A stretch of DNA of 64,000 bases from Octopus bimaculoides (taxonomy: Eukaryota), in assembly GCF_001194135.2 (NCBI RefSeq), contig NC_069003.1, forward strand, positions 36,363,608 through 36,427,607, read 5' to 3'. Numbering within the stretch: the first letter of the stretch is position 1; every line of letters begins with the position of its first letter. Below the pieces are notes generated by a model, which had not been told where the DNA came from, searched no databases, and saw only the letters and a list, made by a program, of their open reading frames with translations. Positions 1 to 10,650 of this stretch are shown piece after piece. Both the position numbers and the translations under genes were made by a program.

Positions 1-730
1 GCCAAGGGAGCTTCTTAACTCCTCAGCTATACTGCACCTACACACACACACACACATAGAATTAGAAAGGCAGATAAATGCAAGGAGGTTTAATAAGTAT
101 ATTTACATGGAATACAAAAAGAAACAGTAAAGAGTAAAGAAAAAAAAAGAAAATGGATTTGTGCAATAGGTCTAACTTAACAGCTGTTTCAGGTGAAACA
201 GCAATGACCTAACTGCTGGAGACTGCAGAAAAGAACGAAGGAAGAAAAGTTGAGAATTTTTTATTCGCTCCTAGAAAAATGCATTAATTATTTCAACCTG
301 GCTGTGTTTGTAGACAGGTGAAAAGAATACTTCTAACCAAAAAAAAAATAAATGATAGCATTGTAGTTGCGGCAGGGCCTCCTTAGCAACCAATATTTTT
401 AGACCCAGTCCGCCACTGTGTGTGTGTGCTGGAGCCTGGTGTAGCCATCTGGTTCACCAGTCTCAGTCAAATCGTCCAACCCATGCTAGCATGGAAAGCG
501 GACGTTAAACGATGATGATGATGATATATATACCAATAAGGAGCAAATATTTAGGAGAGAGTATTTATATAGCATTGGGCTATATATATAAGTGAAAGAT
601 TTTGTTTGGCCCATTAGTCCGACTACTGTTAGTTTTCTATCGTAAACATCTGTGTTATTATTGGTGGTTTAAACGGAGGTTTTAATTCTTATTTCTAGCA
701 GGCAGGTGCATTTGTGTACCCTTATGATTG

Positions 731-761
<31 letters not shown>

Positions 762-2169
762 TGGAGCTGAGACTTTGTGTTGTGACTAACGTTTCATGCC
801 ACTGCTGTCTTAAAGCAAAACACTCACACACACACATATATATTCATGCTTTGGATTAAATTTACTGTTTGTATTACCAAACCTATATTTACACCTCCCA
901 CACACACACATAGGCGTGTTAATATAGGAAGCCATAGATCATGTGTGTATGTATGTCTATTTGCCTACCTGTGTAACCTGGTGTAAAAGATGCAAGGGAA
1001 ACTATCCTCAAGCAGCTATACACTCCCCTTCCCCGCCAACCTGTCATCCAGCTTTAGTCATACTTGTGTGTCATCATCACTCAGTTTTGTATCAACTGAA
1101 CGGTGAAACTACTTTCAGAAACCTGATTCACTGACATGAGTAATAGCTGGCGGTTTATTGTCTTAATTTTTATTTCCTTCCAAGTTTTATATCTCCTCCT
1201 TTTTCATGGTTCATGGTTATGTGGTTAAGAAGCCAGCTTTCTAACCATGTGCTTTCGGTTTCAGCCTCATTACGCGGCGTGTTGGGCCTCTTCTATAGCC
1301 CTCATTCCAACCTATACTTTGTGAGTGAATCCGGTTGACGGAAGCTGTGTAGAAGCCTGTCGTATGTATATGTGTGTTTGCGTTTACACCCCACGTCTTC
1401 GTAACTTACCGTTTCGGCAAAACAGCAATAGAATATGTACAGGGCTTTAAAAAAAATAAGCATTGCAGCTAACGTACCCGACTAAATAAACCCTCCAATG
1501 GCTGAATACCGTAGCAATGGCCTTTCACATCTCTTCAAAAGAAAACCAATCTGCTTCCATCAAAATCATTAATGGATCTCCCCAACATCTTTAACAACGA
1601 AAGTTTCCCAATGCGTAACAACATATGGAGCAAGTATATTCACTCTTTACCTTTAGGGACCCACATTTTGGTTCACCACTTGATAACCGGAATTGGTTTG
1701 TTTACGTCCAAGTAACTTACCAGGTCGGGCGTAAGAGCCCGATGGAATATGTACCAGAGCTTCAAGACTGTGCCCCAGCATGGCCACAGTCCAGTGACCG
1801 AAACAAGTAAAAGCTAAAAGAAGACACACAAATACAAACTCAAGAGTCGATCGACATCCACTTTACGCCTATAAAAATACATTCTTCAGTTAGAACTGCA
1901 TTCACATGTCGGTTGCCTTGTTGGGTTGTGAATGTACACCAGTATCTAAGCAGTCATTTATGTTATCACCTCCGGAGCTCCCCACCGCGCATTTTTTTCC
2001 CTTCATATTCGTTCCCAGCCAGTTGTTTTACACCTATTAGACTAATTTTTTTTTAAATTTTGTCACCGGGTCAAACGCTTTAGTTTGACCCAGATCTCTA
2101 GTGTGAGACACGACGTATAGCGACACATTCTCTGGCTCCCAACTCGCGGCATCTGCTGCAAACTCCGGT

Positions 2170-2371
2170 GTTGCCACCCGTAACGCGGAGGAGAGAAAGG
2201 ACAATAAGTACAGGGACCTGACCGGTTGCCGTCGAGACGTCAGGTGTTCTGGGACACCGTGCTACCGATTTCCTCCACAAAATAGGTAGAGCGGTGACTC
2301 ATCCGAAAAATAAGCCCTGCAAGATGGAGTGGCTACTGCAGCCAGTGTCGCTGTTCATTCTCCGAGGCAAC
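2170..2371 (+). promoter_or_regulatory. GC-rich putative SAMD15 promoter with three RFX X-box-like motifs
   Basis: GTTGCCACCCGTAAC (2170-2184), GTTGCCGTCGAGAC (2225-2238) and TTCTCCGAGGCAAC (2358-2371), compared with the X-box consensus GTNRCC(N0-3)RGYAAC. They lie in a locally GC/CpG-rich island just upstream of the first visible coding sequence. Confidence 0.45.
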
Positions 2372-2711
2372 GCCATCGCGGTCATTACAGCAGAGTGCGG
2401 CTGAGTATTCCTCTGGTTCTGAGATATGTGACCCATCGCCCCTCTCCGTCCGTTTTCGGCTGCTTTTTNNNNNNNNNNNNNNNNNNNNNNNNNNNNNNNN
2501 NNNNNNNNNNNNNNNNNNNNNNNNNNNNNNNNNNNNNNNNNNNNNNNNNNNNNNNNNNNNNNNNNNNNNNNNNNNNNNNNNNNNNNNNNNNNNNNNNNNN
2601 NNNNNNNNNNNNNNNNNNNNNNNNNNNNNNNNNNNNNNNNNNNNNNNNNNNNNNNNNNNNNNNNNNNNNNNNNNNNNNNNNNNNNNNNNNNNNNNNNNNN
2701 NNNNNNNNNNG

Positions 2712-5694
2712 AACGAAGGGGATGGAGAAGAGAGTCCAGCCGAGCCAGATCTTACTTTCCTCACCTGGACGACAGAAGATGTTGCAGACTGGATTAAAAA
2801 CATGGGATTCCCTTTCTATCAGGTGCCTTCCTCTAACTGACTATTGTTTTCGATGTATGTGTGTGTGTGGAGAGAGAGAGAGAGAAAGAGACACACACAC
2901 ATAAGCTTGTGTGTGCGTACATGTATGGTGACATGCGTCCCCCCCCCAGCTTGTTTTCTCTCCCCACCTGCGACATACGTAGCACCGTCCACTTTGTTCT
3001 TGCCATCCCATCAGTTTCCTCGATAGCGTTATTCACACTCACGCACACACACTCACTTTCTTTCTCCCCCCAGCTCTCTCATAAACACTTTCATTTTCAC
3101 ACACACTCACTCTCTCACTCCCCTTTCTCTCATACACACATACTCTCTCTCTCTCTCACACACAGACACACACACACACACCCTTACATATTCGTCACCC
3201 ACTTAATTATTGACACTTGCCTAATATTTTTAGCAGTTGTCTGTTTCACATCTAAACATAGACGTCCATTAACTGATACATTACTGAGGCATTAAAGTAA
3301 CTTTACGGACAGAGTTTCGGATCGGGACGCCCACACAAGTTGTTTTTTCTGTTTTCACAGGAATTTTTCCAATTAATTTTTTCACCGCAGCCTTGAAATG
3401 AGACTGAAAGGGCTTCTTTATCTGAAATAAAACTTTTTAAANNNNNNNNNNNNNNNNNNNNNNNNNNNNNNNNNNNNNNNNNNNNNNNNNNNNNNNNNNN
3501 NNNNNNNNNNNNNNNNNNNNNNNNNNNNNNNNNNNNNNNNNNNNNNNNNNNNNNNNNNNNNNNNNNNNNNNNNNNNNNNNNNNNNNNNNNNNNNNNNNNN
3601 NNNNNNNNNNNNNNNNNNNNNNNNNNNNNNNNNNNNNNNNNNNNNNNNNNNNNNNNNNNNNNNNNNNNNNNNNNNNNNNNNNNNNNNNNNNNNNNNNNNN
3701 NNNNNNNNNNNNNNNNNNNNNNNNNNNNNNNNNNNNNNNNNNNNNNNNNNNNNNNNNNNNNNNNNNNNNNNNNNNNNNNNNNNNNNNNNNNNNNNNNNNN
3801 NNNGTATTGACGTTTTTCAATATTTTTCTGCCCGCAAACACATTTACACTATTAAAAAAAATTTGAAAATTTATGACTTTTTCAAACACCCCCCCTCCCC
3901 ATCGCCATTTTTTCTGTTCATAATTTTAAAATATTGCAGATCCTGAGAAAAAAATCAAATATTTTCAAAAAAAATTTCTTATACAAATCTTTTTATACAA
4001 ATCTTATCATCTCCTGCCACCATTTTGAAGGCTATGGTGAAAAACAAAATGGGAAAATCCTCATCAAAACTTGGAAAATCCTACTTACGTGGGCACATGC
4101 ACACTAACAAAAGAATGCAGCTTGGATAAGGAACAGAGTGGTGGTGGTGATTGGATAGTGAAAGCATATTTCTTTTTTTAGAATGCCAGGCAGAATGCTT
4201 AGCAACTTTTTGTCTGTCTTGATGTTGTGAGTTCAAACACCACTGAAGTCGACTTTATGTGTCATCCTTTCAGGGTTGATAAAATAAGTACCAGTTATGC
4301 ACTGGGGAGAGTTGATGCAATTGACTTACCACCACCACCACGCTCACCCAAAATTGCTAGTCTTGTGTGAAAATTTGAAGCTATCATTAAATATGAGTAT
4401 TTAGATAAATATGAGTATCTTGCATAAAGAGGCAGATATTTCATGGCTGGTCATGTGATGGTTGGAGAAGAATAGCTGTGAAAGTAGGTAAGTAAGTGCC
4501 TACGGAAAAGCAAAGGGTAATGGATCAAGTCTCATCTCTTTCAGGATTGCTTCATTCAAAATTATGTTGATGGCAAGAAACTGATCATGGCTGATGCCTC
4601 GACTTTATGTAAATTAGGAATCAGAGATTTCCAGGATATCAAAGTAAGTGACATTCTTGTGCAAATGGTAAACAAAAACTGTACGGAAGCTCTTTGCTAG
4701 TGTGTGTGTGTGTTAATGCTCACATTTCTTCTTCTTTGCATGAGATGCCTGAGCTAAAAACGTTGATGCCATTTTAAAATTCCCTTTCAACAATAAATCC
4801 TGTAGTGAGATGGTTTTTGAATTCTAATGGGATTCAAAAAATTTTGTTGACAGACAGCTAAAGGCTGTTGAGAGGAAAGATATCTGGCTAAACAACACCA
4901 TCTCAATTAAATACCCATCTAACTCATACCAGCATGGAAAAACAGATGTGAAACATTGTTTAACATCAGTTTTCCATACAGGCATGAGTTAGACAGCTCA
5001 AAAGGAAGGAAGGAAGCAATGAGCCAGAAAAGTATGCAGAGCCCCAATGGTCTGCTTTGGCAAGATGTCTGCAGTTGGATGCCCTTCTTAATGCCAACCA
5101 CTTTACAGAGTGTTCCGGATGCCTTTTTCTGTGACCCTTGTACTATTGAGGTCACCAAATACTCACAACACATATTTATATGTGTGTGTGTGTGTATTTA
5201 TATATACATGATGAGTTGAGGTTCTTAAAATGATTTGGCTATTGTTTCTAGCAGGTTAATGATCATTGGCTAGTTTTAATATTGTTATATTTGTTGTTGC
5301 TATACTTTGTGTCTGTCTGTCTGCCAATCTGTCTATCTGCCTAACTGTCAATCTGTCTATCTCTTCCTTCTGCTATTGTCTTGTGTAGACCATTGCATAT
5401 CAGATCCGAATGTTAATTTCTCTTGAGGAGCCAGACTGGAACCGAAGTATCTCTTTGCCACCCCGCAGTGACTGGGGTATGTTTCTGGAAATGAAAAGCA
5501 AGACAGGCAAGAAAACCGAAGAGATGGAATTTGAGAAATTCAGAACTGATCATAAGGATGTGATTTGGCAGCCGCCTCTTGATAATTCTGGTAAAATACA
5601 AACATGTTTTAGGGAAAAACATGTAAGCTACCAGGAAGCAACGACTTCTTCAGAAAGTGAAGGACAACAGACAATAAGTTCTGCTGCTGATTAA
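2712..5694 (+). CDS. SAMD15: Sterile alpha motif domain-containing protein 15-like, 5'-partial. Exons: <2712-2822, 4545-4643, 5389-5694
   Basis: Spliced frame reads ...DLTFLTWTTEDVADWIKNMGFPFYQ|DCFIQNYVDGKKLIMADASTLCKLGIRDFQDIK|TIAYQIRMLISLEEPDWNRSISLPPRSDWGMFLEMKSKTGKKTE... This is a SAM domain (W..EDVA.WI...GF..Y / F..N.V.G..L) followed by the EEP...RSISLP.R...G..LE.K..TG motif I recall from SAMD15. Both introns are GT-AG, phase 0. The start codon is probably in gap 2469-2710. Confidence 0.88.
2845..3182. repeat. Compound (GT)/(GA)/(CA)/(CT) microsatellite in SAMD15 intron 1
   Basis: Directly visible dinucleotide runs. Confidence 0.9.
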
Positions 5695-6127
5695 ATTTTA
5701 AATTGGACAAAACAAGAATTTTACTGTAATTTTATATTTTTTTTAACACAAAGTCAATAATTTTCTATCATATATTTTTATCATAGTATTTCCCATAAAT
5801 ACACACAAATTTCAGAACTTTCCTTCATGTTTTATTTTTGGTATTGTTTGTAATTGGTTCAGGCAGAACAGTGTCATTATGAAGTTTGCTGGCAAAGCAA
5901 ATGGTTTCGAGTTCAGTCCCACTACAAAGCACTTTGGGCAAGTGTCCTCTGTGTAGTTCCAAGATGACCAATGCACCTAGCAAGTGGATTTGTTAGGCAG
6001 AAACTGAGAGAGGCTGTCATGTGAATATATATATGTGTGTGTGTGTGTGTATATATTTCACTCCTGGTGTAGTTGGCATTAAGAAAGGCATCCAGCTGTA
6101 GAAACCAGGTTCCAGTCTGATTTACTG

Positions 6128-7025
6128 TGGTTTCTATGGCTGGATGCCCTTCCTAACACCAACCATGCCAAGAGTGTAGTGTGTGCTTTTTATGTGCCAG
6201 AGATGATTGTGCTGGTATGGTCATTTGCCATTGCCTCCATGAAACCCAACATTCAAAGATCATGCTTCACCACCTTGTCCCATGTCTTCCTAGGTCTCCC
6301 TTTTCCACAACTTCCTTCCACTGGTAGAGATCAACACTTCTTCACACAGCTCTCCTCGTCCATGTGCATCACATGACCATACCAGCACAATCATCTCTCT
6401 TATGCCCAGCTCTTCTCTCAAGATTCTTACACTCTGTCGTGCATGCACACTGACATTATACATCCAGTGAAGTAAACTAGCTTCATTTCTTACAGGTATG
6501 CGCATGTCCTCAGCAGTCACAGCCCATGTTTCACTGCCATGTAGCATAGCTGTTGGTGCATAAGCATCATACTGTCTGCCTTTCACTCTGGGCGAGAGGC
6601 CTTTTGTTACCAGCAGAGGTAGGAGCTCTCTGAACTCTGCCCAGCCTATTCTTATTCTAGCAGCTACACTCCCGAAACAACTGACTTGATCACCTTGATA
6701 ATGGAAGCTATTGACTACTTCTAGTTCCCCACCCCCCTGGTATTTGATGCAATCTATTTTAGTGTTTATTGTACCTGTGCACCTTCCACATGCAAAAACT
6801 ATTTTACCTGTTAACCTTCCTCTGATATTGCTGCACCTCTTATGTGTCCATAGTTTATACCAGGTACATCTTATGGAGTTTCTACCTAAGCCTTTTCTAC
6901 AGATTGAGCAGAGCCATCTAACTGAAGGGATTTGTGATTTGTCTGCTCTCCTATTTACTAAGACTTTGGTTTTTGTTAGATTAGCCGTGGGGCCCTTTGG
7001 TTCCAGACTTTGCTTCCACACCTGA
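6128..7025 (-). mobile_element. RTE-clade LINE fragment (ORF2 C-terminal part with Cys/His finger, plus partial 3'UTR), degenerate
   Basis: ORF 6290-7021 contains LEVVNSFHYQGD...[35 protein letters not shown]...[10 protein letters not shown], the typical post-RT region of RTE LINEs. It is preceded by CSIC...NSIRC...WTHKRC...CGRC. Confidence 0.85.
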
Positions 7026-7637
7026 AACTTCTTCTCTGCTTATTCCCCTCTGTTATTGCCTGGAGGACTACGATGACCAAGACAGGGCTAAGGACTGACC
7101 CATGGTGAACCCCTACTTATACCTTAAATTTATCGCTATACTCATTGCTAACCTTCACCTTACTGATAGCATCCTTGTACATGGCTTGTACAACTCTCAC
7201 CAACTGCTACGTTTCGGGGACGCAAACAAACCAACACCGGTTGTCAAGTGGCGTTGTTGGAACAAACATAGATATGTATGTATGAATGAATGAATGTAAC
7301 GGGCTTCCACGCAGTTTCCGTTTATCAAATTCACCCCCAAGACATAGGTCGGCTCGGGGCTACGTAGTGGGTCTGAACCCGTAACCGCATGGCTGCAAAG
7401 CGAGTTTATTAACTACACAGCCAAACCCGCATGTATTTTGAGAAAAAAAACAAAAAAACCCTCAGCAAATATTACTGTCGTCCATGTCTCAATAATAATA
7501 GCAATAATAATAATAATGACCAGGAAACAAAGTCAATCGGTCATGCACTCCCATCATACACATGGTGTGTGATTTTTATATAAAAATAAAGGATGTCGAA
7601 GCTGTCTTGGCAACCGTCAAACAATTCATTAGCAACG

Positions 7638-7714
7638 ATGGCGGAAGAACGGAAGTACGCGAATGAGCATGAGCAGATGAAACGGAGGCCGTCGCACGAC
7701 TCTCCTTCTTCAAC
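7638..7714 (+). other. EIF2B3: Candidate first exon of EIF2B3 (5'UTR or in-frame coding extension), donor GTAAGT at 7715
   Basis: Consensus donor, locally GC-rich sequence with CGGAAG(T) ETS-like and GATGGCG YY1-like motifs. The first coding exon is preceded by a strong acceptor (T-tract...ttttag, 10634). The junction 7714/10635 is open and in frame with ATG 10651. Confidence 0.6.
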
Positions 7715-10650
7715 GTAAGTGTTCGCCTTCTCTTGTTTTATTTCTCTCTCTTTCTTTTTATATAAACTTTTATCTTTATATACGCATATGTGTATATATA
7801 CACACCTGATAGTACTACGGTGTTGGTATCAAATATATATATATATATATATACACTCATTTGTTTACAGCTGCGTGTTTAATCATTGTGTTCAGAGGTG
7901 AAACCTTATCGCTGCCAAGACCTGACCGAGCAAAACTTTACCGAGCAGCTGCTCCAACCGTGACCATCCCCAACGTTTACAAGAACTCTGCACCCACCAC
8001 AAGCTTATACAGTGTATCCCTGTCTAGTGTTAGATTGTGATGTGAGGGACATTTGGCTATTATTTCTCGCCAGTGGAGTTACTATGCTGAACCTATAGAC
8101 TTCTGCTTTCACTCCTCCACCTGTCCCATTTGCTATTTTAGAATTGGGGTCGTGTGCGTATGTTTATATTTATACTTGGTTGATGGTAATATTTATTTAA
8201 GTAGTAGTAAATAGCTTAAAGTTAGTTTATCTTCCACTACCTGCTGACGAAAAAAGAAAACTGTTTAAAGCAGACGAGTTTCTCTGCAGAACACTTCTTC
8301 TGTCCAATCTGACATTTAAACAAGGACGTCAGTCTTTGAGAAATATTTAGAATCTCGTGAATTCTTGCTTTATAAAACGCAAATACTATTTTTTAAAAAA
8401 TAACAATAACAGAGAAAATAACCCTTTTCTCGTTTCCCCTGGGGTTGTAGGAATCTGACGGCGAGGAATAGCTATTCCAAAACTCCACACTTTTCAGCGT
8501 GGGTAAAGCTAATATTCATTCAAAAATTATATATATAACGGGGCACCCTTTGAGAAATTAAGAACTACCCCCTAACTTTGTTTTTTATTGGCATAAATCA
8601 TTTCTTGGTTCCCCCCCTTTTTTTTTTCTTAAAAGGTAACATGTGGAAGGAAAGTTTATATATGTGTGTGGGGGACTGGATACGCTCAGTGCGCGATTAA
8701 TTTTACCCTTCGGGTTTCTGTCCTTATTGGCAATCTCATTAACGAGGGAACTGTTCAGTTTTGAGCATCAGGGCATCTATGGATTGCATTTCTAGTTTGA
8801 CATTTAATATCGAGTACCGAGACCTATGTAGCCATAGATTTAATAACAGGATACCAAATTCAAGTCCATGTTCTTTTCTCGTTCTGTGTGGCACACCATT
8901 TAGTGACTATATTGCGACCATCGATTCCAAGACCTGCACCATTTCCCTATCCGTCAGTCTTACTCCAGATACGACATATAACTATTATACGCACGCACGT
9001 GTCTGCAGCAGTTATATATATAGCTTTTTACTGCACTTATCAATCAAGGGTTCTGTCTTTTTTTTTTTTATAGAAAAATATCGAACAGAAAACTTCGTAT
9101 TTTTCGGGTTTTTTTCTTTTAAATCGCACTCTTTTATAATCTTTGGTAAAATGTGTGTGTATTCGAGTGTTGTCTAGTGAATTTTTTAATTGTCAACTGG
9201 TATTAGCTGTTTGCTAGAAATTGCAGCTAAATCTCTCAAATCTCACTTTGTCGTTTTAGATTTAATTATTTATAATCATATTGCATAATCTATTCTGAAA
9301 TATACTGTCTGAAAAGACAATGAGGCCAAACATCTATTTTAATTGTTGTTAGGCCAGGAATTTGTGCAAAGCAATTTCACGAAGATACGCACCAGAAATG
9401 TCTCTACTCCGATGTCCCGGTAAATTTTTACCGATGTGATGTCCCTTGCTTATTTCAATTTTTTGTTCTTTAGCTTAAAAAAAATATAGTTATATAATCG
9501 CCGGACCTTTTGATATTAAGGTTGTATCGCATTCGGAATAAATAAGTCGCCACAAACCATTTCTACTTTTCTCAAATTTTACCTCACTCCGCTATTTTCC
9601 CTCCTATTAACATTGAGTACCACATAGCAGTAGAAACGGTGTTGGATCGATTCCTCTCTGGTNNNNNNNNNNNNNNNNNNNNNNNNNNNNNNNNNNNNNN
9701 NNNNNNNNNNNNNNNNNNNNNNNNNNNNNNNNNNNNNNNNNNNNNNNNNNNNNNNNNNNNNNNNNNNNNNNNNNNNNNNNNNNNNNNNNNNNNNNNNNNN
9801 NNNNNNNNNNNNNNNNNNNNNNNNNNNNNNNNNNNNNNNNNNNNNNNNNNNNNNNNNNNNNNNNNNNNNNNNNNNNNNNNNNNNNNNNNNNNNNNNNNNN
9901 NNNNNNNNNNNNNNNNNNNNNNNNNNNNNNNNNNNNNNNNNNNNNNNNNNNNNNNNNNNNNNNNNNNNNNNNNNNNNNNNNNNNNNNNNNNNNNNNNNNN
10001 NNNNNNNNNNNNNNNNNNNNNNNNNNNNNNNNNNNNNNNNNNNNNNNNNNNNNNNNNNNNNNNNNNNNNNNNNNNNNNNNNNNNNNNNNNNNNNNNNNNN
10101 NNNNNNNNNNNNNNNNNNNNNNNNNNNNNNNNNNNNNNNNNNNNNNNNNNNNNNNNNNNNNNNNNNNNNNNNNNNNNNNNNNNNNNNNNNNNNNNNNNNN
10201 NNNNNNNNNNNNNNNNNNNNNNNNNNNNNNNNNNNNNNNNNNNNNNNNNNNNNNNNNNNNNNNNNNNNNNNNNNNNNNNNNNNNNNNNNNNNNNNNNNNN
10301 NNNNNNNNNNNNNNNNNNNNNNNNNNNNNNNNNNNNNNNNNNNNNNNNGAGGATAATGTGTGATTTAAGGGAGATTTTGCTGTCGTTTCTAGCACATTCC
10401 AAGACAGCCCCCGTCGTTTCTTTCTCACTCTTGCATGTATTGATGTTTTTCAATATTTTCCATTGACGTAGCGCCACCAACCCCCTAATTTATCCCAACA
10501 TCCAAACTAGATGCTTAGCCAAATAATCAGATTCAAGACATTTTAATGCAATTTTCTTTTCCTTTTTAAGTGCTTTTGGCTGGACTTGAAGTGAGCCAAC
10601 TGTGAATTTGTTTTTTTTTTTTCCTGTGTTTTAGTGAAGCATTATACATT

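Noticed and set aside
5591-5596. Alternative donor GTAAAA within SAMD15 exon 3
   Set aside because: The frame continues to a stop at 5694, and no convincing downstream exon was found; cannot be supported without RNA data.
9584-10480. Long ORFs in the track (also 2329-2904, 2333-2803, 3437-3889, 18678-19093, 24048-24356, 33967-34179, 61852-62835)
   Set aside because: They are long only because they run through N gaps; the flanking residues are not protein-like.
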